DNA of 64,000 bases, taken from Syntrophales bacterium. Lineage in GTDB: Bacteria > Desulfobacterota > Syntrophia > Syntrophales > PHBD01. Positions within the stretch are counted from its first letter, which is position 1; each line of letters begins with the position of its first letter. A model generated the notes under the pieces. The model was not told the DNA's origin, did not search any database, and worked only from the letters and a program-made list of their open reading frames with translations. Shown one piece after another: positions 11,060-23,273 of the stretch. The stretch spans positions 2,432,001 to 2,496,000 of the forward strand of contig OY764159.1 in assembly GCA_963668175.1 (NCBI GenBank). The letters run 5' to 3'. Position numbers and translations under genes: made by a program.

Positions 11060-11710
11060 ATGAGTAAAAGATTGAAAATGGCCATTTGGGGGACTTTGGC
11101 GGCAGTAATCATCATGCTTGGCGGTACGGCCTTCGCCAGCAGTATCGAGCTTGAGGGGACCACGTCCGGGACTTTCGCGCCGGGAGTGAACGGCATGACC
11201 TTCACCGGCGTCAACTTCGACTGGACGACAATCGCCGCAGGTACGGCCACCGTCAAACTCGGCACACTCACGTATAACGGTCAGAGTTCGATTTACCAGG
11301 TTTACGATGCGTTTAGTCTGAAGCTTTCGTTCGGCGACCCGAAGACCGTGCCGACGACCAAGATTTTCACGGCGGAAATCTGGGCTTATAATAACGGCTT
11401 CTGGAGCACGAACGACGTCTGGTTCGACGACATCACGCCGACCCATTTTACATTTACGACCGACAACGGCTACGGGTCCTTCGATATCATGCTCGCCGGC
11501 AGGCTGTCGAACGGGATGTCCTGGCCGGGGCCGGAACAGTTCACGATACACAACTGGTTCGGAGGGTCGATTATCGACGTGATGGCCAACATTACGAATG
11601 CAACCTTCGTTGAATGCCCGCCCCAGGCTGTGCCTGAACCGTCCACGATGCTGCTTCTGGGATTCGGCCTGGCCGGCGCCGCCGCAGCACGGAGGAAATT
11701 CAGAAAATAG
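11060..11710 (+). CDS. PEP-CTERM sorting-domain protein
   Basis: Signal peptide; C-terminal VPEPSTMLLLGFGLAGAAAARRKFRK; GGAGGAG SD. Confidence 0.92.
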   Translation: MSKRLKMAIWGTLAAVIIMLGGTAFASSIELEGTTSGTFAPGVNGMTFTGVNFDWTTIAAGTATVKLGTLTYNGQSSIYQVYDAFSLKLSFGDPKTVPTTKIFTAEIWAYNNGFWSTNDVWFDDITPTHFTFTTDNGYGSFDIMLAGRLSNGMSWPGPEQFTIHNWFGGSIIDVMANITNATFVECPPQAVPEPSTMLLLGFGLAGAAAARRKFRK

Positions 11711-11729
11711 GCATTTTTAAGGAAACGGG

Positions 11730-11763
11730 AAAAGGCAGGGCCGGCATGACCCTGCCTTTTTTT
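11730..11763 (+). terminator. Rho-independent terminator, probably bidirectional
   Basis: AAAAGGCAGGG...CCCTGCCTTTTTTT hairpin between convergent genes. Confidence 0.85.
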
Positions 11764-11799
11764 ATTGGCTTCATTTCTTCCTGTCGAGGCGGGGCCGCA

Positions 11800-12456
11800 T
11801 CATTCGTCGCGCCGTCTCAGCGTCACGCGGAAGAGCATTCGAGGGAGTTCGCCTTCGGTGAACTCATCGACGCCCAGAATATCGAACCCGGAGGCCAGTT
11901 CGGCGACTTTTTCCCGGTTGAAAAAGTGGACGATGAAGCCGTCCTGCTCGTACAGGCCGTCGCCGTGACGGACGCCCTGGCCGTAATGGGCGTCGCCCGT
12001 GTGGCGGACCGTATAGACCGCAAGGCCCCCGGGTGCAAGGACGCGCCTCATCTCCCGCGAGAGAAAGGTCAGCTCGGGCGTCGTCAGGGCCATGCAGAAG
12101 AGCATGTGGGAGTAGCAGGCGTCGAAGGCCCCGTCGGGGTAGGGGAGCGGTTCCCGGACGTCGTGGCGGATGACCGACACCCGTTCGGAAAGGCCGTATC
12201 CGCGGATTTTTGTGTCGATTGCCGACACGGCCTCGGCGCTGTAGTCGAGGACGGAGACGGAAAGACCGCAGGCGGCGAAGTGGAGCGTATCGCGGCCCTG
12301 GCCCCCTCCCAGCTCCAGCAGACGTATCCTGCCCTCCCGACGGAACAGGGCGGCGGCAAAGCGCGACGGTTCGCTCGGTTCGCCGCCGAACAGGTCGGCC
12401 GTCCCGGCGAATGTCCTGTTCCACTGTTCCTGCTGGGCATTCCGTTTTTCGTTCAT
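11800..12456 (-). CDS. Class I SAM-dependent methyltransferase
   Basis: LLELGGGQGRD motif I, FDACYS and RRVLAPGG. Confidence 0.85.
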   Translation of the reverse strand: MNEKRNAQQEQWNRTFAGTADLFGGEPSEPSRFAAALFRREGRIRLLELGGGQGRDTLHFAACGLSVSVLDYSAEAVSAIDTKIRGYGLSERVSVIRHDVREPLPYPDGAFDACYSHMLFCMALTTPELTFLSREMRRVLAPGGLAVYTVRHTGDAHYGQGVRHGDGLYEQDGFIVHFFNREKVAELASGFDILGVDEFTEGELPRMLFRVTLRRRDE

Positions 12457-12502
12457 GATGCGGTTCCTTTTCGGTGTGATCCTCCGCCCGGCGGCTTCCG
12501 CA

Positions 12503-13213
12503 TTACGGCGTTTCCGGCTCCGCCCGGAACCGGTAGCCGATGCCGGGCTCGTTGATAAGGAAGCGCGGGCGGGCCGAATCGGCCTCGATCTTCTTTCTCA
12601 GTTGGTTCATGAAGACGCGCAGGTAGTGGGTCTGCTCGATGTACGACGGGCCCCAGACCTCCTTGAGGATCTGCCGGTGGGTCATGACTCTGCCGGCGTT
12701 CCGGACGAGGACCGTAAGCAGCCGGTATTCGATGGGCGTCAGGTGGACCTCGGCCGTCCCGATGAAAACCTGCCGCTTGAGAAAATCGATCCTGAGATCG
12801 TCGGCCGTGAAGACGGCGTCCCCCGGTCCTCCGGCCCTGGGGGAGGCATGCCGGAGAGCGACGCGGATCCTGGCGAGGAGTTCGCCGGCGGCGAAGGGTT
12901 TTGTCAGGTAGTCGTCGGCCCCGCCGTCGAGGGCCTTGATCTTGTCCCCCTCTTGTTCCCGGGCCGAGATGACGATAACCGGCACGCCGGACCATTCCCG
13001 AAGCTTGGTTATGACGGCGAGGCCGTCCATATCCGGCAGCCCCAGGTCGAGAAGGACGACGTCGGGATTCCGCGTCGCCGCCTGGGTCAGACCGTCGGCG
13101 GCCGTCTCCGCCTCGATCACGGCGTAGTGTTCGCTGGCGAGGGTGACGCGCAGGTACCTTCGCATCTGCAACTCGTCTTCTATCAAGAGGATCGTGGCCC
13201 GGTTCTCCGTCAT
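12503..13213 (-). CDS. kdpE: KDP operon response regulator
   Basis: OmpR-type receiver and winged helix (DLGLPDMDG, YLRVFMNQLRKKIE); overlaps the kdpD stop codon. Confidence 0.95.
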   Translation of the reverse strand: MTENRATILLIEDELQMRRYLRVTLASEHYAVIEAETAADGLTQAATRNPDVVLLDLGLPDMDGLAVITKLREWSGVPVIVISAREQEGDKIKALDGGADDYLTKPFAAGELLARIRVALRHASPRAGGPGDAVFTADDLRIDFLKRQVFIGTAEVHLTPIEYRLLTVLVRNAGRVMTHRQILKEVWGPSYIEQTHYLRVFMNQLRKKIEADSARPRFLINEPGIGYRFRAEPETP

Positions 13214-15906
13214 GGCTCCTCCTTGCCGGCCGTCAGGGGCGGCGGCGACCCCTCGACGGGGATGGTGAATTTGAAGGCGGCGCCGCCGCCGGGCCGGTTT
13301 TCCGCCCAGATGCGGCCGCCGTGGGCGTCGACGACGGCGCGGCAGATGGCAAGCCCCAGTCCTGCGCCCATGCGCGTGCGGGTGCCGCGGATGAATTTTC
13401 TGAAGATCGCCTCTTCCTCGCCTGCCGGGATGCCCGGCCCGCGATCGGCGACGCTGACCAGGACCGCCGACGGCTGCGGCGCGACGGCGATTTCAATGGG
13501 CGTGCCGGGCGGCGTATGCCGGAGAACGTTCTCCATGAGATTCGCAAAGACCTGCCCCATGAGGAGCGTGTCGAAAGGCACAAGGGGCAGGTCGGGCGGC
13601 ATATCGAGCGTCAGCGGGCGGTCCTTGAGACGCCCTGCAAGGCGGTTCAGGACGGCGCCGACGATCTCTTCCAGGGGCTGCCACTCCTTGCGGACGGCGA
13701 CGGTTCCCGATTCCAGCCGCGTGAGATCGAGGACGTTGCGGATGACGCGCTCCAGGCGGTCCGCCTCCTCGCGGATGGTCCGGAGGAGCTCCATCCGGGA
13801 CGGACCGTCGAGGGCGGCGTCCTTTTCCAGCAGCGTGCTGGCTGCCCCCGCCACGACGGCAAGAGGCGACCGCAGGTCGTGGGAAACGGAACTTAAAAAC
13901 GTGTTCCGGACGTTCTGGGCTTCGGCCTTCAGGCGTTCTTCATGCGCCTCCTTCGCCAGCAGGACCCTTTCCATGGCGACAGCCGTCTGGTTCACGAAGC
14001 TCTCCAGGAAGTGGACGTCCTCGGGTGTGAACGCCTTTACGCCTTCTCCGGGAAGGACGCCGACGACCCCCAGGGCGCCGGAAGAGGCGACCATGGGCAG
14101 ATAGAGCGCCCTGGCGCCGGGAAGCGTATCGGTGCCCAGGCCCGCCGGCTGGCGGTTGTCGAAGACCCAGCGGGCGACGCCGGCTTCCTTTTCGTCGAAA
14201 GAGAAAGCGTCGTCGCCGGCGGACGAAGCGGCGAGTTCGCCCTTCTCGTCGGGGGCCAGGACGACGACGAAACTCTGAAAGACGTCGCGGATGTGCCTGG
14301 CCGCGGCGTCGAAAATACGCTCTTTCTTCCTTTCCCGGGCCAGCTCGCGGCTCAGGGCATACAGGGCCGCCGTGCCGCGCTCGCGCCTGCGCGAGGCCTC
14401 CGCCTGTTCGCGGATCTGAAGCGTGAGGCGCGAGATGACGTAGGCCACGGCGAACATGACGGCGAACGTGACGAAGAAACGGACGTCGCTTACGGCGAAG
14501 GTATAATAGGGCGGCACGAAGAAGAAGTCGAAAGCGGCTACGCTCAGCATGGTTGCGGCCAGGGCCGGCCAGCGCCCGGTCCGCGTCGATACGACGACGA
14601 TGCCCAGAAGGTAGAGCATGGCGATGTCCGCCCGGTCGAAATAGTCCCTCATGACGCCTCCGAGGGCGGTGCTCAACGCCACGGCGCCCGCGCTCCAGAG
14701 CCATTCCCTGAGGACAAGCGGCGTCGGACGCAGCGGCGGACGGGTTGTTTTTCGCGGGGGGGCCGCCGTGTCGCCCGTGATGACGTAAACGTCGATGTCG
14801 CCGCTCCCCCGGACGATCTCGTCGAGGGGCGATCCGAGGAGCTTGTCTTTCCAGCGGGGATGGGTCGGCTTGCCGACGATGATGCGGCTTACGTTCCGCT
14901 GCCTGGCGTAGTTCAGGATCTCTTCGCTCGCCTTGTGACCGCTCAGCGTAACGGTCTCGGCGCCCAGGCTTTCCGCGAGACGGATGTGCTCCGCCATCGT
15001 TTTCAGATCGTCGTCCGAGGCCCGGACGTGGGACGGGGCCTCGACGTGGACGGCGATCCACTCGGCCCGGAGCCCCGCCGCCATGCGGCGCGCGGCGCGG
15101 ATGAGGCGGATGGAGCGGGGGTTGGGGCCGATGCAGACGAGGATGCGTTCCGCCGCGGGCCAGATGTCGCGGACGCCCTTGTCGCGCCGGTAGACCTCCA
15201 TCTGCTCGTCCACCCGTTCGGCGGTGCGGCGGAGCGCCAGCTCGCGGAGGGCGATGAGGTTGCCCTTGCGGAAGAAATGGGATCGCGCCGCTTCGGCCTG
15301 TTCGGGGATGTAGACCTTGCCGTCTTTAAGGCGCTGGAGGAGATCGTCGGGCGGCAGGTCGATGAGTTCTATCTCGTCGGCCCGCTCCAGGAAGGAGTCG
15401 GGCAGGGTTTCCCGGACGATGACGCCCGTGATCTGGCGGACGATGTCGTTCAGGCTTTCCAGGTGCTGGACGTTGACGGTCGTGAATACGGAGATGCCCG
15501 CGTCGAGCAGCTCCCGGACGTCCTGCCACCTTTTCTTGTGCCGCGATCCGGGGGCGTTCGTGTGGGCGAGTTCGTCGACCACGATGACGGCGGGGTTCCG
15601 CGCCAATGCGGCGTCGATGTCGAATTCGGGAATATTGCGGCCCCGGTAGGCATAGAAGCGATGCGGGAGAATCTCCAGGCCGTCGAGGAGGGCCTCCGTT
15701 TCCGAGCGGCCGTGGGTCTCCGCAATGCCGACGACGATGTCGACGCCCTCGGCGCGCCTCGTCCGGGCGGCCTGGAGCATGGCGTAGGTCTTGCCCACGC
15801 CCGGGGCGGCGCCGAAGAAGATCTTCAACGCGCCCTGGCGGCGGCGCTTCTCTTCCGAGACGGCGCGGTGGAGAAGTTCATCGGGATCGGGTCTTTTCGC
15901 TTCCAT
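13210..15906 (-). CDS. kdpD: Sensor histidine kinase KdpD
   Basis: RPDPDELL, GAAPGVGKTYAML and VDELAHTN motifs; USP, 4 TM, GAF, HisKA and HATPase domains. Confidence 0.97.
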   Translation of the reverse strand: MEAKRPDPDELLHRAVSEEKRRRQGALKIFFGAAPGVGKTYAMLQAARTRRAEGVDIVVGIAETHGRSETEALLDGLEILPHRFYAYRGRNIPEFDIDAALARNPAVIVVDELAHTNAPGSRHKKRWQDVRELLDAGISVFTTVNVQHLESLNDIVRQITGVIVRETLPDSFLERADEIELIDLPPDDLLQRLKDGKVYIPEQAEAARSHFFRKGNLIALRELALRRTAERVDEQMEVYRRDKGVRDIWPAAERILVCIGPNPRSIRLIRAARRMAAGLRAEWIAVHVEAPSHVRASDDDLKTMAEHIRLAESLGAETVTLSGHKASEEILNYARQRNVSRIIVGKPTHPRWKDKLLGSPLDEIVRGSGDIDVYVITGDTAAPPRKTTRPPLRPTPLVLREWLWSAGAVALSTALGGVMRDYFDRADIAMLYLLGIVVVSTRTGRWPALAATMLSVAAFDFFFVPPYYTFAVSDVRFFVTFAVMFAVAYVISRLTLQIREQAEASRRRERGTAALYALSRELARERKKERIFDAAARHIRDVFQSFVVVLAPDEKGELAASSAGDDAFSFDEKEAGVARWVFDNRQPAGLGTDTLPGARALYLPMVASSGALGVVGVLPGEGVKAFTPEDVHFLESFVNQTAVAMERVLLAKEAHEERLKAEAQNVRNTFLSSVSHDLRSPLAVVAGAASTLLEKDAALDGPSRMELLRTIREEADRLERVIRNVLDLTRLESGTVAVRKEWQPLEEIVGAVLNRLAGRLKDRPLTLDMPPDLPLVPFDTLLMGQVFANLMENVLRHTPPGTPIEIAVAPQPSAVLVSVADRGPGIPAGEEEAIFRKFIRGTRTRMGAGLGLAICRAVVDAHGGRIWAENRPGGGAAFKFTIPVEGSPPPLTAGKEEP

Positions 15907-15962
15907 GGATTCGGTATCCCGGCGTTCGCGTTTTGACGGCTGCTGCCTCTATCATAGCAGAA

Positions 15963-16535
15963 TCACCGCACGGCATCCAGCGCCATGTTCAGTTCCAGGA
16001 CGTTGACGGTCGGCTCCCCGAGGATGCCGAACGCCCGGTCCCGGACGTGGCGGCGGACGAGGTTTTCAACCGTCCCTTCCGCAAGGCCGCGGGCCTTCGC
16101 CACGCGGTGCGCCTGGTACAGGGCGGCCGCCGGGCTGATGTGCGGATCGAGACCGCTTCCCGAGGCGGTGACGAGGTCCACGGGAATGAGACTTTCGTTT
16201 TCGGGATCGGCGGCTTTCAGCGCGGCGATGCGCTTCTGTAACGTTTCGATCAGGACGGGGTTCGACGGACCGAGGTTCGATCCGCCGGACGAGGCCGCAT
16301 TGTAGGGATACGGTGCCGTCGCGGACGGCCTTCCCCAGAAATAGCGCGGCGAGCCGAACGGCTGGCCGATGAGTGTCGATACCGTCCTGCCGTCCGCCGT
16401 CCTGATCATGCTGCCGTTCGCCTGCCCCGGAAAAAGCGCCTGGGCCAGGCCCGTCACGGCGAGGGGGTAGACGACGCCGAGTAAAATCGTCATGGCGGCA
16501 AAGAACAGAATGGCGGTTCTTAATAGCTTGATCAT
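15963..16535 (-). CDS. kdpC: K+-transporting ATPase subunit C
   Basis: YFWGRPSAT, SGGSNLGPSNP, VTASGSGLDPHIS and VNVLELNMALD. Confidence 0.97.
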   Translation of the reverse strand: MIKLLRTAILFFAAMTILLGVVYPLAVTGLAQALFPGQANGSMIRTADGRTVSTLIGQPFGSPRYFWGRPSATAPYPYNAASSGGSNLGPSNPVLIETLQKRIAALKAADPENESLIPVDLVTASGSGLDPHISPAAALYQAHRVAKARGLAEGTVENLVRRHVRDRAFGILGEPTVNVLELNMALDAVR

Positions 16536-16550
16536 GGCTGTCGCCTTTCT

Positions 16551-18620
<2,070 letters not shown>

Positions 18621-18634
18621 ATGGCGTTCTCCTT

Positions 18635-20377
18635 TCATCGCATCCAGGTCATTTGCTCGGCGATGGGTCCCAGGGCCAGGGCGGGCACGAACGTGAGCGC
18701 CCCGACGAGGCAGACGACCGCCACGAGAAAGAGGACGAAGAGCGGCGTGTGCGTGGGAAGCGTCCCGGGACTTGCCGGGACGTATTTCTTCCCGGCCAGG
18801 GACCCGGCCGCCGCCAGCACCGGCACGATGACCCAGAACCGCCCGACGAGCATGGCGAACCCCAGGACGGCATTGTAGAAGAGCGTGTTGGCGGAAAGCC
18901 CCGCGAAGGCGCTGCCGTTGTTGTTCGCCGCCGAGGAGAAGGCGTAGAGGATTTCCGAGAAGCCGTGGGGACCGGGATTGAGGATGCCGGCGAGCCCCGG
19001 TTTGACGACGACGGCGACGGCCGTGCCGACCAGGACCGCCGCGGCCGGGACAAGGATGACGAGGGAGGCCATCTTGACCTCGAAGGCCTCGATCTTTTTG
19101 CCCAGGTATTCGGGCGTCCGCCCCACCATGAGGCCCGCGATAAAAACGGTCACGACGACGAACATGAGCATGCCGTATAGCCCGGACCCCGCGCCGCCGA
19201 AGACGATCTCGCCCAGCTCCATGAGCCACAGGGGGACAAGGCCGCCCAGGGGCGTGAACGAATCGTGCATGGCGTTGACGCTGCCGTTGGAGGCGGCTGT
19301 TGTCACGGCGGCCCAGAGGGCGGAGTTGGCGATGCCGAACCGGGACTCCTTGCCCTCCATGTTGCCGCCGGCCTGAAGGCTGCTTGCAGCCTGATCGACG
19401 GGCAGATGATGAAAAGCGGCGTTCCCTGCCTGCTCGCTCCAGAGGCAAAGGCCGAGGAGCGGCAGGAGGATGATGACCATGGCGGCGAGGAGGGCCCATC
19501 CCTGCCTCGTATCCCCCATCATCCGGCCGAAGGTTATGCAGAGGGCCGCCGGGATGAGGAGGATGGCGAGCATCTCGACGAAGTTGGACAGGGCCGTCGG
19601 GTTCTCCAGAGGATGGGCCGAGTTGGCGTTATAGAACCCGCCGCCGTTCGTCCCGAGCTGTTTGATCGCCACCTGGCTCGCCGCCGGACCCAGGGGAATC
19701 TCCTGCTCCGATACGGTCCTGCCCTGGTCGTCCTTGACCGTGTCCATGAACGCGGCCTTCGCGGGGCCTTGGAACGTCTGCACAACGCCCTGCGAAACGA
19801 GAAAGACGGCCATGACGAGCGACAGGGGCAGGAGGATATAGACGATGGAGCGCGTCAGGTCGACCCAGCAGTTGCCCACGGTGCGGGAGAGCGTCCGCTT
19901 CAGGCCCCGGATAAGGGCGACGAGCACGGCCATGGCCGAGGCCGCCGAGGCGAAGTTCTGGACGGCGAGCCCCGCCATTTGCGTAAGGTAACTCATCGTC
20001 GCCTCGCCGCCGTAGGCCTGCCAGTTCGTGTTCGTGACGAAGCTGACGGCCGTGTTGAAGGCCAGGTCCGGCGGCACGGCGGGCAGTCCCTGCGGGTTCA
20101 TCGGCAGCACGCCCTGGAGTCTCTGTAGGGCGTAGACGGCGGCGAACCCCGTCAGGCTGAAGGCGAGTATCCCCGCAGCGTAGGCCTTCCACGTCATCTC
20201 CTCGCCGGGATCGACGCGGCAGAGGCGGTAGATCGCACGCTCCAGAGGGGCTGCGACCCGGCTTAAGAAAACGCTCTCTCCCGTGTACACCTTCGCCATG
20301 TATAGCCCCAGCGGCACCGCTGCGGCGACGAGGACGGCGAAGTAGAGGATAATCTGAAAGAGTCCGGCGGCGCTCAT
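18635..20377 (-). CDS. kdpA: K+-transporting ATPase subunit A
   Basis: [40 protein letters not shown] and NNGSAF. Confidence 0.97.
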   Translation of the reverse strand: MSAAGLFQIILYFAVLVAAAVPLGLYMAKVYTGESVFLSRVAAPLERAIYRLCRVDPGEEMTWKAYAAGILAFSLTGFAAVYALQRLQGVLPMNPQGLPAVPPDLAFNTAVSFVTNTNWQAYGGEATMSYLTQMAGLAVQNFASAASAMAVLVALIRGLKRTLSRTVGNCWVDLTRSIVYILLPLSLVMAVFLVSQGVVQTFQGPAKAAFMDTVKDDQGRTVSEQEIPLGPAASQVAIKQLGTNGGGFYNANSAHPLENPTALSNFVEMLAILLIPAALCITFGRMMGDTRQGWALLAAMVIILLPLLGLCLWSEQAGNAAFHHLPVDQAASSLQAGGNMEGKESRFGIANSALWAAVTTAASNGSVNAMHDSFTPLGGLVPLWLMELGEIVFGGAGSGLYGMLMFVVVTVFIAGLMVGRTPEYLGKKIEAFEVKMASLVILVPAAAVLVGTAVAVVVKPGLAGILNPGPHGFSEILYAFSSAANNNGSAFAGLSANTLFYNAVLGFAMLVGRFWVIVPVLAAAGSLAGKKYVPASPGTLPTHTPLFVLFLVAVVCLVGALTFVPALALGPIAEQMTWMR

Positions 20378-20466
20378 GAGAACATCTCCGGCTTCAGCAG
20401 GGCGGCGAGGAGATAAAAGGCTATCCCCACGGCCGCGACGAGACCCAGAATATAGACGATGGACAT
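20374..20466 (-). CDS. kdpF: K+-transporting ATPase subunit F (30 aa; absent from ORF track)
   Basis: Hand translation [30 protein letters not shown] matches the YLxxALLxPExF signature. ATGA overlap with kdpA; AGGAGG SD. Confidence 0.9.
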   Translation of the reverse strand: MSIVYILGLVAAVGIAFYLLAALLKPEMFS

Positions 20467-20478
20467 GGTGCGACCCTC

Positions 20479-20559
20479 CTATAAAAAGGCGATCCCCTCG
20501 GCGAGGAGCCAGGTTAATACGAAGAAGAGAACGGCTGCGGCTGTAAACAGGATATCCAT
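20479..20559 (-). CDS. 26-aa hydrophobic peptide preceding kdpF
   Basis: AAGGAGG SD, then MDILFTAAAVLFFVLTWLLAEGIAFL*. Its stop codon overlaps the kdpF SD. Confidence 0.75.
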   Translation of the reverse strand: MDILFTAAAVLFFVLTWLLAEGIAFL

Positions 20560-20614
20560 GGTTGCGTTTCCTCCTTTCTTCATGACGAATATAACACCGG
20601 AAATGTCAGAATGG

Positions 20615-20657
20615 CGTCAAGAAGCAGATGGAAGGCGTAAAGATTTCGTAAAAAAAT
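20615..20657 (-). promoter_or_regulatory. Probable KdpE-binding site
   Basis: TTTACG direct repeat with 11-bp period (20636-20652) plus a third TTGACG copy, upstream of the kdp operon. Resembles T-rich KdpE boxes. Confidence 0.6.
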
Positions 20658-20779
20658 ACGCGGAAAGACGGGGGTTCAATGGAAAGAGATTCAGGGCGTC
20701 ACGCCCGTTGTCGGGGATCGACGATTCCCTTCCGGTTTCATGAGCGGAGGACAGATGATGTATCCGTACCTCGACTGCT

Positions 20780-21463
20780 TTATTGTTGCGCCAGGATGGC
20801 GGCAAGGGAGACCGCCAGGATACCGGTGAGGAAGATGCCGTCGAAGGTGCCGGCGCCGCCGATGGAGGCGACGGGAGCCCCCAGGCGGCCGATTTTCTTC
20901 ACGTTGAGGATGTCCGCCCCGATAAGGGTGCCGAGCGTCCCGGAGATGTAGGCGATGACGGGGGCATGGGCGGCGTCGACGACGAGGGCCGCGAAGGCCG
21001 CGACGACCGGGGGGATGAAGAAGGGCAAAACGATCCCGACGCCCTGCATGGGGCGGGCGAGACGGTGGGTGACGACGGCCATGACAACGGTGGCAAAGAG
21101 CGCCGGGACGATAACGCCGGTCTTCACGAGAAGATAGGCCGAGATGAGGACGGGAACGACGGCGCCCCCAAGATTGACGGCGAGGACGGTCTCTTTCGTC
21201 CGCGGCTCGGGGATGATGTACCGGAAGCCGAAAAAGCGGACGGTGCCGCCCTCCGTCATGTCCTCCTGGGGGATGCGCTTCAGGGGGATGTTGACGGCGC
21301 TTCCCAGAAGGCAGAGCAAAAGCGCGCTCATGACGTAATGGGGCGGGATGCCGATCTTTACGAAGACGAGGGCCACCATGTCGATCTGGACGACGACGAA
21401 GAAGAAGGCGAGAAGGATGTAGAGGATCGCCATGAACAATCGTGTCAGGGGATGAAAGAACAT
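20780..21463 (-). CDS. DUF1614-like membrane protein
   Basis: AVNLGGAVVP, GTLGTLIGADILN and SIGGAGTFDGIFL. Confidence 0.8.
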   Translation of the reverse strand: MFFHPLTRLFMAILYILLAFFFVVVQIDMVALVFVKIGIPPHYVMSALLLCLLGSAVNIPLKRIPQEDMTEGGTVRFFGFRYIIPEPRTKETVLAVNLGGAVVPVLISAYLLVKTGVIVPALFATVVMAVVTHRLARPMQGVGIVLPFFIPPVVAAFAALVVDAAHAPVIAYISGTLGTLIGADILNVKKIGRLGAPVASIGGAGTFDGIFLTGILAVSLAAILAQQ

Positions 21464-21550
21464 GATGTAAGCTCCACGGGGGATATAGCCCTGAACGGGC
21501 CGGCCGCGACCGGCGCGATGCCGGACACGCCGCCCGGATGTCTGTTCCTC

Positions 21551-21580
21551 AAAAAAGGGGGACGGCTTGCCGTCCCCCCT
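21551..21580 (-). terminator. Rho-independent terminator of the HtrA gene
   Basis: GGGGGACGG-CAAG-CCGTCCCCC followed by TTTTTT on the minus strand. Confidence 0.85.
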
Positions 21581-21612
21581 ATGGTCCCTCCGCGGGGAAG
21601 GGGATCTGTCCG

Positions 21613-23052
21613 CTACATCGTTATATACAGGGTCGAGCCGTTCCTGTAAACGAGAACGAGGGCCCGCTGTCCGGATTTGACCGCATTAACGGCGGCGCCG
21701 TAGTCGGAGACGCCGCCGATTTTCTTCCGGTTGATCTCCATGATGACGTCCCCCTGAGCGAGCACGCCCGCCGCCGGGCTTTCCTCGGCGACATCGGTCA
21801 CGACGACTCCCCTGAGCCTTCCGGGAATGCCGAGTTGCCGCCGGATATCAGGCGTCAGATCCCGGACGGAAACGCCCTTGAACTGGTTCTCCGCCTGGCC
21901 GAGCATCTTCTGCTGCTGCCCTGTCATCTCCGCAATGGTCACCGCGGCCGTCTTCGTCTCGCCGCCGCGCAGGTATTCGACCTTTACCGCCCGGCCCGGA
22001 GGGATGGAGGCGACGATATTCTTCAGGGCCGACACGTCCGTGATGTCCTTGCCGTCGATCTTCGTGACGACATCGCCTCTCTGGAGGCCCGCCCTGGCCG
22101 CCGGCCCGTCCTCGACGACATCGGCGATCAGCGCGCCCTTGTCGCTCTTGACGCCCAGTTCCTTGGACAGTTCAGGCGTGAGCGGCTGGATCGAGACCCC
22201 CAGCCACCCCCTCACGACCTTGCCCTTCTTGATGAGGCTTTCCATGACGGTCTTCACCATGTTGGACGGGATGGCGAAGCCGACGCCCTGGTAACCTCCG
22301 GACGAACTGACGATGGCCGTGTTGATACCGATCAGTTCGCCCATAATGTTGACGAGCGCCCCCCCGGAATTCCCCGGGTTGATCGCCGCGTCGGTCTGGA
22401 TGAAGTCCTCGTAGTCGGCGAGCCCTACGTCGGCCCGGCCCTTGGCGCTGACGATACCCGATGTCACCGTCTGGTTAAGCCCGAAGGGGTTGCCGACGGC
22501 GATCACCGTGTCGCCTACCCTGATCTTCTCCGAATCGCCGAGCGGCAGGACCGGAAGATTTGAAGCGTCGATCTTGACCACGGCCAGGTCGGTCTTGGCG
22601 TCGGCGCCGACGACTTTGCCCTTGAATTCGCGCTTGTCGGACAGGCGGACCCTGATCTCGTCGGCGTCCCTGACGACATGGTAGTTGGTGACGATGAAGC
22701 CGTCCTTCGCCACGATGACGCCGGACCCCAGGCCGTACTGCTTATAGTCCCTGGGCCTGCCCCGATCGCCGAAGAATTGTTTGAAGAAGGGATCGTCGAA
22801 GAACGGCATATTCCGCATGTGCACCGTCTGGGACATGGAAATGTTGACGACGGCGGGTCTGACGGCCGCCGCCACCTCGGACATGGCCTGGTTCGTCCTG
22901 CTCAGGATGTCTACGGAATCCTTCGATATTTTGACTTCCTGGCCGTAGCCTTTGTTGAAGATATTCAGGTTGGAAGATACGGCCAAACCCGCGATGATCC
23001 CGACGACGATGAAGAATACGGCAAACGCCGTTGCCTTTCTTCTGTGTTCCAT
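21613..23052 (-). CDS. DegP/DegQ (HtrA) serine endoprotease with two PDZ domains
   Basis: GLGSGVI, TNYHVV and [14 protein letters not shown]; two PDZ domains. Confidence 0.95.
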   Translation of the reverse strand: MEHRRKATAFAVFFIVVGIIAGLAVSSNLNIFNKGYGQEVKISKDSVDILSRTNQAMSEVAAAVRPAVVNISMSQTVHMRNMPFFDDPFFKQFFGDRGRPRDYKQYGLGSGVIVAKDGFIVTNYHVVRDADEIRVRLSDKREFKGKVVGADAKTDLAVVKIDASNLPVLPLGDSEKIRVGDTVIAVGNPFGLNQTVTSGIVSAKGRADVGLADYEDFIQTDAAINPGNSGGALVNIMGELIGINTAIVSSSGGYQGVGFAIPSNMVKTVMESLIKKGKVVRGWLGVSIQPLTPELSKELGVKSDKGALIADVVEDGPAARAGLQRGDVVTKIDGKDITDVSALKNIVASIPPGRAVKVEYLRGGETKTAAVTIAEMTGQQQKMLGQAENQFKGVSVRDLTPDIRRQLGIPGRLRGVVVTDVAEESPAAGVLAQGDVIMEINRKKIGGVSDYGAAVNAVKSGQRALVLVYRNGSTLYITM

Positions 23053-23273
23053 GATGGCACCTCCTGCATGGTATTGCGACTCATGATCTTTATCATGGTA
23101 TCCCGGTTACAAGCGGGCAATGCTTAAAAAAGGGGATGGAAACGGTAGGGCGAAGCTACCGGTGCGGGAAACGGGGCGGAGCTGCGGCCGACGGCCCGAT
23201 TGCGGCCGGGAGAAGGCGCTTCGACGATCGGCGGCGAAAGCGGCACGCGGCGAACGGACGCCCTGTTTGCCGC

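Noticed and set aside
18621..19499. N-terminal extension of the 982-aa kdpB ORF
   Set aside because: It is an off-frame overlap of kdpA. KdpB homology and an SD begin at 18620.
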